36,448 bases of DNA, taken from contig JBDRNT010000100.1 of NCBI GenBank assembly GCA_043810925.1, positions 1 through 36,448 on the forward strand. The letters run 5' to 3'. The translations under genes and the position numbers were made by a program. Below are positions 9,425 to 18,231 of the stretch, in pieces. The stretch's first letter is position 1. Every line of letters starts with the position of its first letter. Source of the DNA: Candidatus Eiseniibacteriota bacterium (GTDB lineage Bacteria; Arandabacterota; Arandabacteria; Arandabacterales; Arandabacteraceae). The notes under the pieces are model-generated. The model ran no database searches, was not told where the DNA came from, and saw nothing but the letters and a program-made list of their open reading frames with translations.

Positions 9425-11215
9425 ATGAACAGAATGAGCGTGTACGTGCTTTTCCTCTGCGCCCCGGCCTTCCTGGCCGCAGCGCTTCCTGCGGCCGCTC
9501 AGAACATCGATGCCGCGGAGTACTGGCTTGATAACGGCATGCAGGTCCTGATGGTCGAGCGGCACGAGACCCCGACCATCATGGCCGCGATCCTGGCCAG
9601 GGTCGGTTCCTCCAACGAGGCGACCGGTATTACGGGCATCTCTCACCTCTTTGAGCACATGATGTTCAAGGGTACGGAGACGATCGGTACGACCGATATC
9701 AAACGCGACCGTGAGGTCATGGATGAGCTTGATGCACTCAAGGCGTCGATGCGCGCCGAGGAACGTAAGATGCGGGAGCAGTTGCGCCGGGGAGAGATCG
9801 GGGATATGCTGGATCCGGATGCAAAGACCCCACGCTACCGGGAACTGGAGGCCGTATTTGACAGCCTGATCCTCGAACAGCGCCGGCTGATCGTGAAGGA
9901 CCAGCTCAGTGAAATCTATTCGAAGCATGGCGGCTACTTCCTCAATGCATTCACATCCGATGATATGACCGGATACTTCGTGCGCGTGCCCAGGAACAAG
10001 ATCGAGCTCTACATGTGGCTCGAATCCGACCGCTTCAGTACTCCTGTCTTCAGAGAGTTCTACTCTGAGAGGGATGTGGTTCGTGAGGAGCGCCGCCTGG
10101 GCGTCGAATCGACCCCGACCGGACTGATAGATGAGGATTTCCGGGCCATGTTCTGGAAGTCATCATCTTATCACTGGGATGTGATCGGCTGGCCGTCCGA
10201 TGTCGAGAACATCACCCGCGAGCAAGCCGAGCAGTATTACAGCACCTACTACGCGCCCAATAATCTCACCATGATCCTGGTGGGCGATCTTGAGCCTGAT
10301 AAGATGATCGGACTCATCAGGAAGTACTTCGAGCGGATTCCGCCCGGAGAGATCGAGCCACCGGATGTGATCACTCTCGAAGAGAGCCAGTACGGGGAGA
10401 AGCGGTTGATCGCCGAAGCGGAGACCAGCCCCCGGGCCGAGGTCTGGTACCACACGGTCGCATGGAAACACCCGGATAGCTACCCGCTGGAAGTTCTGGC
10501 CGGCATTATGAACGGCAAGACCGGCCGGCTTTATAAGAAGCTTGTGGAAGAGAAGGGCATTGCCAAGAGCTCGGGTGACGCGCGCAGACGCATGTTCGGC
10601 GGCAGTCAGCTCGCCGTAAGCGCGTCACAGGACTCAAAGAAGTACGCCGGGGCTTTTCAGATCCGCGCCGAGGGTGTCTCCGGTGTGCGGGCCGAAGCGT
10701 TGGAAGAGGCCATGTACGAAGTGATCCGGGACATGAAGACCAACCCCGTGTCCGACGCGGAACTGCAGAAGGTCAAGAACCAGTTACGCGTCCAGAAGAT
10801 AAGGCTCATGGACATCATGTCGGGAATGGGTATCCTGTTCTTCCTAGGTAGCGACGCGGCCATGGGTGACTGGACGGAAGCCAACAACAACCCGGACAAA
10901 CTCGACCTTGTCACTGCCGAGGCGGTCCAGCGCGTGGCCAACCGGTATTTCGCCGACGATCAGCGGAACGTAATGATTGTCAACACGAAGGGCGGCCGGG
11001 AAAGTGAGGACGGGGGTGGTAAAGACCCTCGATTCGCCCAGGCTGTCCAGATGATCGAATCGATCGATGATGCCGCGCGCCTGGAGCAGATGATCGGCAT
11101 GTTTTCAATGCGGCTCGATCAGGTCGAGGATCCGGAGGAACGAGCACAGATGGAGCAGTTGCTCAAGATAGCTAACGAGCACCTTAAGAAGCTCAGGGCC
11201 GCCGAGGCGGAGTAG
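9425..11215 (+). CDS. Secreted M16B (pitrilysin family) zinc peptidase, catalytic subunit
   Basis: Inverted zinc motif HLFEH in GISHLFEHMMFKGT; NAFTS; ERDVVREERR; YYAPNN; signal peptide ending AAA-Q; AAGGAG SD supports a start at 9422/9425. Confidence 0.92.
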   Translation: MNRMSVYVLFLCAPAFLAAALPAAAQNIDAAEYWLDNGMQVLMVERHETPTIMAAILARVGSSNEATGITGISHLFEHMMFKGTETIGTTDIKRDREVMDELDALKASMRAEERKMREQLRRGEIGDMLDPDAKTPRYRELEAVFDSLILEQRRLIVKDQLSEIYSKHGGYFLNAFTSDDMTGYFVRVPRNKIELYMWLESDRFSTPVFREFYSERDVVREERRLGVESTPTGLIDEDFRAMFWKSSSYHWDVIGWPSDVENITREQAEQYYSTYYAPNNLTMILVGDLEPDKMIGLIRKYFERIPPGEIEPPDVITLEESQYGEKRLIAEAETSPRAEVWYHTVAWKHPDSYPLEVLAGIMNGKTGRLYKKLVEEKGIAKSSGDARRRMFGGSQLAVSASQDSKKYAGAFQIRAEGVSGVRAEALEEAMYEVIRDMKTNPVSDAELQKVKNQLRVQKIRLMDIMSGMGILFFLGSDAAMGDWTEANNNPDKLDLVTAEAVQRVANRYFADDQRNVMIVNTKGGRESEDGGGKDPRFAQAVQMIESIDDAARLEQMIGMFSMRLDQVEDPEERAQMEQLLKIANEHLKKLRAAEAE

Positions 11216-11240
11216 AACCTACACCAAAGGAGATGTGAAC

Positions 11241-12749
11241 ATGAGAAGGACATTCTTGAAAGGACATAACAGGTTGGCAGTAGCATCATCCGGCCTGGTG
11301 CTGGCTGTCATGTTCATCTTTGCGTCCGCACTCACGGCTGATGAGATCGTCGATCACCCGGATGACTTGCAGTTTGAGGAACTCATATACCAACCACCCA
11401 GGCCGGAGAGCTACAGGCACACACTCGCGTGTGGAGCCCGCGCGTATGTGGCCGAGAACCCGGAACTCCCCACGTTTGAGATGACCGTTCTCATCCGCAC
11501 AGGGGCCGTCTATGTGCCTATCGACAAGGCCGGGCTTGGAGATATGGCCGGATATCTCATGCGCAATGGCGGTGTCCGGGGCATGACCGCAAAAGAGGTC
11601 GACGAGCGACTAGCCTTCCTGGCAGGTGAGATATCGGTCAACATCGGCGAGACGCAGGGTGCCGCTACGCTTTTCTGCCTGTCAAAGGACATTGCCGATG
11701 GCCTGGATCTGCTCAAGAGGGTATTGCAGGCGCCAATGTTTGACCAGGAGGCCATCGACCGCTACCGCGCCGATGTCTTATCACGATTGGAGCAACGTAA
11801 CGCCTCCACGGCCGCGATCGAGTCCCGCGAGTGGGAGTTTCTCATGTATGGCGACCACCCATCGACACTTCCCCACCGCGCAACCGAGCAGTCCGTCAAT
11901 TCCATCACCCGGGAGGACCTGGTTGCCTTCCACGAGAAATACTTCTTTCCGAAGAACTTCATTTTCGCCGTCGCAGGCAACTTCGAAACCGACGAAATCC
12001 TGACGAGACTCAACGAAATGCTTGACGGATGGCCCGATCATGAGCTGAGTCTCCCGGAAATCCCTGATCAGATCGCCGACCCGAGGCCCGGGGTATATAT
12101 GATCGCGAAGGAAGATGTCAACCAGTCACGCATCCGATTGGGGCACATCGGCGTCAAGCGGGACATACCCGATCAATATGCGCTTATGGTTATGAATGAT
12201 ATACTGGGTGGCGGCGGCTTCACGTCCCGGATCGTGAGACGCGTCAGATCCGATGAGGGTCTGGCCTACAACACCGGCAGCAGGTTCGAACGCCCCGTCG
12301 AATACCCCGGCACGTTCCGGGCCTGGTTCCAGACAAAGCATGCCACGGGCGCATTCGGCACCCGTCTTATCATCGATGAGATCAACCGTATCCGCACCGA
12401 GAAATGCGATCCCGAGATCATTGAAAACTCCAAGGCAAGTTTTATCAGTGACGTGGTCAATCCCTTCGGTAGCAAGGCGGACATAGTCAACACCTTCGCC
12501 GATGATGACTATACCGGCCGTCCCGACGAGTACTGGCAGACCTATACCGACAACATCAAGGCCGTGACGCCGGATGATGTCCTTGCAGCTGCGCAGAAGT
12601 ATCTCCACCCCGACAGACTTGTGTTCCTGGTGGTCGGTGACCCGGAAGCTGTCGAGGCAGGGTCGGACAAACATCCCGAGCGCTTCTCCGATTTCGGTGA
12701 GATCACGATCCTGCCCCTGCGCGACCCGATGACGCTGGAGGTTGAGTAG
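11241..12749 (+). CDS. Secreted M16B peptidase, non-catalytic partner subunit
   Basis: No HxxEH; ILGGGGFTSRI...VRSDEGLAY (the conserved R/Y pair); signal peptide; AAGGAG SD before ATG 11241. Confidence 0.88.
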   Translation: MRRTFLKGHNRLAVASSGLVLAVMFIFASALTADEIVDHPDDLQFEELIYQPPRPESYRHTLACGARAYVAENPELPTFEMTVLIRTGAVYVPIDKAGLGDMAGYLMRNGGVRGMTAKEVDERLAFLAGEISVNIGETQGAATLFCLSKDIADGLDLLKRVLQAPMFDQEAIDRYRADVLSRLEQRNASTAAIESREWEFLMYGDHPSTLPHRATEQSVNSITREDLVAFHEKYFFPKNFIFAVAGNFETDEILTRLNEMLDGWPDHELSLPEIPDQIADPRPGVYMIAKEDVNQSRIRLGHIGVKRDIPDQYALMVMNDILGGGGFTSRIVRRVRSDEGLAYNTGSRFERPVEYPGTFRAWFQTKHATGAFGTRLIIDEINRIRTEKCDPEIIENSKASFISDVVNPFGSKADIVNTFADDDYTGRPDEYWQTYTDNIKAVTPDDVLAAAQKYLHPDRLVFLVVGDPEAVEAGSDKHPERFSDFGEITILPLRDPMTLEVE

Positions 12750-12753
12750 CCGG

Positions 12754-13710
12754 CTACATGCCTCTGCCCTTTCCGGAATCGGTCAAGGTCAGGAGCTCCT
12801 CCGGAAACGGCTCGAAGAAGGTCTGCTTTATTAGATAGGGTTCTTCGAACCTGATTATGTGGGCTTTGAGGATGCTCGAAGGTACGCTCAGAGGTACCCT
12901 CTTGGCGCGGAACTCCTCAAACGTATCAAGCAGGAACCTTTTCTCCTTGCCCGACAGGTCTTTCGAGAAGTATCCCATCGCATGCATAAGCACATTTATG
13001 CAGGACGTGTATCGCGGTATTGTCGCAAACGCCCGATAGAGCTGCTCCTCATAGAGGTTCAAAACACGATCCACCGGCAACTTCTCCGGGTTGGCTACGA
13101 TTTTCCCCATTACCCTTAAGGCTTGCTGGTTGTAGGCCATGAGCAGGAGCTTGTTGTCGCTGTGGAACTTGACGAGATGCTTCATTGCGGATTGTGTCTT
13201 CACTTTCCGAAACGAGGCGTATGCATAGATCCGGATGAGAAAGTGCTCGCGTATCCCCTGATTCGTAACTCTCCCCTCATCCTCGATTGCCGTATGCGGA
13301 AACCTGCTCAGCACTGCACCTCCAAACATACCGGCACCCCTGGAAGCCGGGGTCCCCTTGTGTATGCCCGAGTAGATCTTGACGTCCCTTGTACCACACG
13401 AAGGCGACCGGGACTTGAGCAGGAAGCCATCAACCGGTCCAAGCGAAGTGAGAAACGACTCCGCGAACTTCGTCATGGCCTTGGTGAAGTCCCGTCCGGT
13501 TGCAGGCTGCAGAAGTTTTTCGGTGCCCGTCTCTCGAACGATACGAATCGGATCTCGCGGCACCGGTAGACCGATCTGGACTTCAGGGCACACAGTGAGG
13601 AATTCAACGTGGGGTTTGAGCAGGCGTGTAAACTCACTTGAGATCACCGCCCCGTCGTATCTGCACCTGGCGAACCCCAGGCACTTGCTGACCACAACTC
13701 TTGGTTTCAT
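12754..13710 (-). CDS. DUF523 (TudS thiouracil desulfidase-like, Fe-S) plus DUF1722 (YbgA-like) fusion protein
   Basis: VSKCLGF..CRYDG, VCPEV.IGLPVPR, KSRSPSCG, IEDEGR; C-terminal LVKFHSDNKLLLMAY, NVLMHAMGYFS, YLIKQTFFEPFP. Confidence 0.9.
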   Translation of the reverse strand: MKPRVVVSKCLGFARCRYDGAVISSEFTRLLKPHVEFLTVCPEVQIGLPVPRDPIRIVRETGTEKLLQPATGRDFTKAMTKFAESFLTSLGPVDGFLLKSRSPSCGTRDVKIYSGIHKGTPASRGAGMFGGAVLSRFPHTAIEDEGRVTNQGIREHFLIRIYAYASFRKVKTQSAMKHLVKFHSDNKLLLMAYNQQALRVMGKIVANPEKLPVDRVLNLYEEQLYRAFATIPRYTSCINVLMHAMGYFSKDLSGKEKRFLLDTFEEFRAKRVPLSVPSSILKAHIIRFEEPYLIKQTFFEPFPEELLTLTDSGKGRGM

Positions 13711-13744
13711 AATCCGGTGACAGTTTGCTAATTATCGCCGATCG

Positions 13745-14224
13745 CTATCTGTTAAGAACATATAACCAACCGTTGAGAAGCGTCGCGAATGCAACCCATA
13801 CCACATACGGCAAGAGCAGGATGCCCGCCGGGATCGATATGCTGTAGAAGCGCGCTATCGTAACCAGTATGGCCCCCAACAACAGGACTATAACGACCAG
13901 GCCGGCCAGAGGCGAGCGTGTGCCGAAGAAGGCAACCGACCATGCCGCGTTGAGTACCAATTGTACGGCAAATATCGTTATGGCGGCCTTCGCACCAGCA
14001 CTTTCAAGACCCTTACGCCAAACCAGAAACAGCGCTATCCCCATGAGTGCATACAGAGATATCCAGACCGGTGCGAACAACCAGCCGGGCGGTGTGAAGG
14101 CGGGTTTACGCAGCGTGACGTACCATGTGGAGACCGACTTGGCCGTGAAGACCGACCCGACGACACCGGCGAGCTGGCACACAACAATGCTTACTATCAG
14201 TTTGACAATGTGCGTCCGATTCAT
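13745..14224 (-). CDS. tspO: TspO/MBR family tryptophan-rich sensory protein
   Basis: WYVTLRKPAFTPPGWLFAPVWISLY, QLVLNAAWS..FF, LLPYVVWVAFATLLN; five TM helices; ATG 14224 has a GAGGTG SD. Confidence 0.93.
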   Translation of the reverse strand: MNRTHIVKLIVSIVVCQLAGVVGSVFTAKSVSTWYVTLRKPAFTPPGWLFAPVWISLYALMGIALFLVWRKGLESAGAKAAITIFAVQLVLNAAWSVAFFGTRSPLAGLVVIVLLLGAILVTIARFYSISIPAGILLLPYVVWVAFATLLNGWLYVLNR

Positions 14225-14265
14225 ACCCACCTCACCTGATTCGGTGACAGCTTACTGATTGGCAA

Positions 14266-15117
14266 TCACAGTCGAAACAGTACGCCGACTTCAGGGGCAT
14301 GGTCTGTTGCCTTCGAGGTTACCCCGAAACCGTTGTTGATTCGGAGGAAACCGTTATCAAACAGGCGGATCTCCAGATCCGCGATCAACTCAACCTCATC
14401 CTGCGACCCCTCTGACCCTATGTAGAACCGGAAAGACTCTGTGACCTGCTTGCGGTATTCAACAGCGTATTCTCCGATCTCTGCCTTGCTCTCCTCCACA
14501 GAGTACTCGCCGGCCAGCCGAACCGTCACAGTCCCCCAGCGGAAGCCCTTGATGAGCCCCGTGCCGAGCTTGAACTCCCAGTCCTGGGTACCGATCAGGT
14601 CCTTATCTTTCTGAAGCGGGAAGACCGTTTCGAAGTAACTGAACAGTCCCGGCCGGCTTGCGCTCTCGCCGAGCCAGCCCCAGCGAATCTGGCACTCGAC
14701 GTCACCCAATCCTGACTCCTCCACCGTCTCCGGCATCGCTGACGTATCATCCTCGGCCTTATGCTGCGTTGCGGTTATCAAGGCGGCCTCAAGCTCAAGA
14801 GCCAGATTGTCCTTCACGCCATAGCCGAGGAATATCAAACCCTCGTGCGCCCGGTACTTGCCCCGATGATCTTCCAGGTCACCGTAGCCGAAGTCGGCCG
14901 GTGCGTACTCGGCATCCTCGTCGTAGTAATATTCGTAGAATGGATAGAAGATGAATTCGCCCAGCTCGATGTAGGTGCCGAACATCGACAAGGGAACGCC
15001 CGGTCCCCGATCCTCAAGATAGTATGGCAGTTCTTCCCCGGCGAAGACCACAGAGAACCCAGATGCAGTCACCACTGATATGGCGATCACGATAGCAATT
15101 AACGTCGCCCGCTTCAT
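14266..15117 (-). CDS. Exported hypothetical protein, probable outer-membrane beta-barrel
   Basis: Signal peptide; SGLGDVE motif and alternating amphipathic strands; C-terminal EVGVLFRL; AAGGAGG SD. Confidence 0.6.
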   Translation of the reverse strand: MKRATLIAIVIAISVVTASGFSVVFAGEELPYYLEDRGPGVPLSMFGTYIELGEFIFYPFYEYYYDEDAEYAPADFGYGDLEDHRGKYRAHEGLIFLGYGVKDNLALELEAALITATQHKAEDDTSAMPETVEESGLGDVECQIRWGWLGESASRPGLFSYFETVFPLQKDKDLIGTQDWEFKLGTGLIKGFRWGTVTVRLAGEYSVEESKAEIGEYAVEYRKQVTESFRFYIGSEGSQDEVELIADLEIRLFDNGFLRINNGFGVTSKATDHAPEVGVLFRL

Positions 15118-15345
15118 CAGCCGCCTCCTTTAACTCGGTGCCACTTTGTCAATTCGCCTTCAGGTTATACCCGGGCACGGCCGGGAGGCAATGCTTTTCC
15201 TCCTGTGGGAGCCGGTTTAACGTACAACCACTATCTTGTGGGTTTGTCTGAGTCCGGCAGTTTCAAATTCGAGCATGTATATGCGGGGGAGACCCGCCGA
15301 ACGGTGTGGTCGGTGTCGTCGCTGTCTCCGGAGGTTTTCCGGGCC

Positions 15346-15864
15346 TCAGGCGCTCCAGCTCAGGTATACGAAGAGACCCAGGTTTACAAGCGAGAGGACA
15401 AGTTTGACAAACATCGCCCCGAGCTTCCCGATGAAGGCAAAGAAGCCGGTCCGGACTGCCTGGTCAAGCGACCTGTAGTAAATGTACTCAAAGAGGACAG
15501 CAAAGGCGAAAGCGCCTATGAGACCAAATAGGATGCTTCCGACAAAGGGGACGATGAACGTGCCAACGATCGCGCCCACGAGTCCGCCGAGAAAGGCCCC
15601 AAGCACGCCCCACTTCGTCGCGCCCTTATGCGCAACATAGACAAGGCCGAGAAGGGATTCAATCAGCTCGCCCACGAGGAGTACCACCGCCATCACGATC
15701 AACCACTTCCAGCCCACTGTCGAGAAGCCTGTGGCGATGTCGTAGATGAGGATCCCACCGAAGGCGATCCAGCCCCCGGGGATGCCAAGGAATATGCTCA
15801 CATTGAGAGCAAAGAGAGCGACATATAAAACAACGAGGCCGATGTGCTGAAGTACATCAACCAA
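15346..15864 (-). CDS. DUF456 family membrane protein
   Basis: LGIPGGW, GATKWGVLGAFLGGLVG, PFVGSILFGLIGAF..AVLFE; TTG 15864 preceded by AGGAGG. Confidence 0.82.
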   Translation of the reverse strand: MVDVLQHIGLVVLYVALFALNVSIFLGIPGGWIAFGGILIYDIATGFSTVGWKWLIVMAVVLLVGELIESLLGLVYVAHKGATKWGVLGAFLGGLVGAIVGTFIVPFVGSILFGLIGAFAFAVLFEYIYYRSLDQAVRTGFFAFIGKLGAMFVKLVLSLVNLGLFVYLSWSA

Positions 15865-16122
15865 AGCCAGGATCCTCCTGCCTGAAAGAGTCCCGATACT
15901 CTCCGGATTGTACCCCCCTCTCATGCATTTCACAAGGAGGTACTGCCGGGGAAGGCCCTACCGCCACCCGGTAAGGTGCGGAACGCGGGCTTCGCTCTGC
16001 CACCGGTTTCAGGTTGAACTCATGCCGGTAACGGGATATAGTATAACATAAGTGAGACATGCGGCGCGCACCGATTTCCTATGGTGGTTGGTCCGCCGGC
16101 TCTCTAAGTGAGGACCTGTGTA

Positions 16123-18231
16123 ATGCTTGAGTCGCTGCTCTATCCTGAGACTATCGCCGTTATCGGCGCCTCCCGCACACCCGCTAAGGTGGGGCATGAG
16201 ATACTGGCCAATCTTATTGAAGGAGGGTTCGGTGGTTCGATCATTCCCGTAAACCCGTCCTCGGACGAGGTGCTGGGTCTTAAGTGTTACCCGGACCTCA
16301 GGACCTTCGGTCAAACCATCGATCTGAGTGTAATCGCCGTACCCACAAAACTTGTGCGCCGCGCCGTTGAGGATTCAATATCCGCCGGAGCAAAAGCTAT
16401 TACCGTGATAACCGCGGGCTTCAAGGAAACAGGTCCGGAAGGCGCCGCGGAAGAGGCCGAACTCGCCAGGCTGTGCTCGGATAAAGGTGTCCGGATGCTG
16501 GGCCCCAACTGTCTGGGCCTTATCAATACCCATCACAGGATGAACGCATCTTTCGCCAAGCATATGCCGCGCACTGGCGGGATATCAGTTGTGTCCCAGT
16601 CGGGAGCGTTGTGCACGGCTATTCTCGATTGGGCAGCCGCAAGGGGCATGGGACTGGCAAAACTCATCAGCATCGGTAACAAGGCGGACTTAAACGAGAA
16701 CGACTTTCTCCAGGCGTTGGCGGCCGATGAGGAAACATCCGTGATCGTATGCTACCTGGAGAGTATCGATGAAGGTAAGGAGTTCGTCAGGATTGCTGAG
16801 AAGGCCGCTGCCAAAAAACCTGTCGTCGTACTCAAGGTCGGGACGACACGGGCCGGTGTGAAAGCCGCATCATCGCATACCGGAAGTCTTGCGGGTGCTG
16901 ATATCGCCTATGGCGCCGCGTTTTCGCAGGCGGGTGTCGTCCGAACCGATACCTTTGAAGCGTTGTTTGACTCCGCCACGGCCCTTGCGATGCAACCGCT
17001 GCCTAAAGGCAATCGCGTGGCGATAATCACGAATGCCGGGGGACCTGGTATCATGGCTGCCGATGCCATTGAGACGTCAGGGATGGTGGTCACCTCACTC
17101 GATTCGTTCACGGCGACTGCTCTTAAGAAGAAGTTGCCGGCTGCAGCCAGTGTCGGTAACCCCATCGATGTGCTCGGTGATGCCGACCCGGAACGGTATG
17201 CAACAGCTATCACCGCTACTCTGGATGACGAGTCTGTTGACGCGCTTATTGTCCTTCTGACACCACAGGCGATGACCCACCCGGCCGAAACCGCTCGAGC
17301 CGTCGCCGGCTGTGTGCGTGGCGATAAGCCGATTCTTGCAGCTTTTATGGGCGGCAGGGATGTTATGCCTGCCCGTGACGAGCTGGTAGCAGCCAGCCTG
17401 CCCGACTATCCCTCACCGGAACGCGCGGTCGCGGCCCTGCAGACCATGTGTGAATACGCTTTGTGGCGGCGGCGGCCGCCCCGGATCGTCGCCCGGTTCC
17501 CGGTTAACAGACGCCGTGTCGATCGGATAATAACGCGGCAAATACGTGCGGGGCTGAAGGAGTTGGGGGAAGTCGAGGCCAAGGATATCCTGCGCGCCTA
17601 CGATTTCAACGTTCCGGAGGGGCGTCTTGCGACTTCCGCCGACCAGGCTGTCACAGCTGCCCAGCGGCTAGGCTATCCGGTAGCCATGAAGATCGTTTCA
17701 CCTCACATCATACACAAGTCGGATCTCGGCGGCGTCAGGCTTAATCTTTCAAATGCCGAGCAGGTAAGCGATGCCTACGATCTCATGATGCTCCGGATCG
17801 GCCGCAGTGCACCCCAGGCCGATCTCGTAGGGGTCTATGTCGAAGAAATGTGCAATCGCGGGACAGAAGTCATTCTCGGTATGACTCGCGATCCACAGTT
17901 CGGGCCGATGCTCATGTTTGGGCTCGGCGGTATTTTCGTGGAGGTGATGAAGGATGTCACATTCCATCTGGCACCCATAACCGCTGAAGAGGCAATGCAG
18001 ATGCTCGCAAGTACGAAGTCTTTTGCGCTTCTTAAGGGCGCGCGCGGCCGCGCCGAGGCGGACCTCTCAACCATAGCAGGGGGCTTACAAAGAATAAGCC
18101 AGCTGGTGACCGACTTCCCGCAGATTGTTGAAATGGACATAAATCCTTTTATTGTCGGCGAAGTCGGATCTGTAGCCTTCGTGGCGGACGCACGGATGAC
18201 GCTTTCGGGAGATGTTCTGAAACATGAGTGA
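16123..18231 (+). CDS. ADP-forming acetate/acyl-CoA ligase (fused alpha/beta; CoA-binding, ligase and ATP-grasp domains)
   Basis: AVIGAS, ITAGFKE, GPNCLG, SQSGA, phospho-His motif AASSHTGSLAG, TNAGGPG, HKSDLGGV, DPQFGP.LMFGLGG, EMDINP. Confidence 0.93.
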   Translation: MLESLLYPETIAVIGASRTPAKVGHEILANLIEGGFGGSIIPVNPSSDEVLGLKCYPDLRTFGQTIDLSVIAVPTKLVRRAVEDSISAGAKAITVITAGFKETGPEGAAEEAELARLCSDKGVRMLGPNCLGLINTHHRMNASFAKHMPRTGGISVVSQSGALCTAILDWAAARGMGLAKLISIGNKADLNENDFLQALAADEETSVIVCYLESIDEGKEFVRIAEKAAAKKPVVVLKVGTTRAGVKAASSHTGSLAGADIAYGAAFSQAGVVRTDTFEALFDSATALAMQPLPKGNRVAIITNAGGPGIMAADAIETSGMVVTSLDSFTATALKKKLPAAASVGNPIDVLGDADPERYATAITATLDDESVDALIVLLTPQAMTHPAETARAVAGCVRGDKPILAAFMGGRDVMPARDELVAASLPDYPSPERAVAALQTMCEYALWRRRPPRIVARFPVNRRRVDRIITRQIRAGLKELGEVEAKDILRAYDFNVPEGRLATSADQAVTAAQRLGYPVAMKIVSPHIIHKSDLGGVRLNLSNAEQVSDAYDLMMLRIGRSAPQADLVGVYVEEMCNRGTEVILGMTRDPQFGPMLMFGLGGIFVEVMKDVTFHLAPITAEEAMQMLASTKSFALLKGARGRAEADLSTIAGGLQRISQLVTDFPQIVEMDINPFIVGEVGSVAFVADARMTLSGDVLKHE

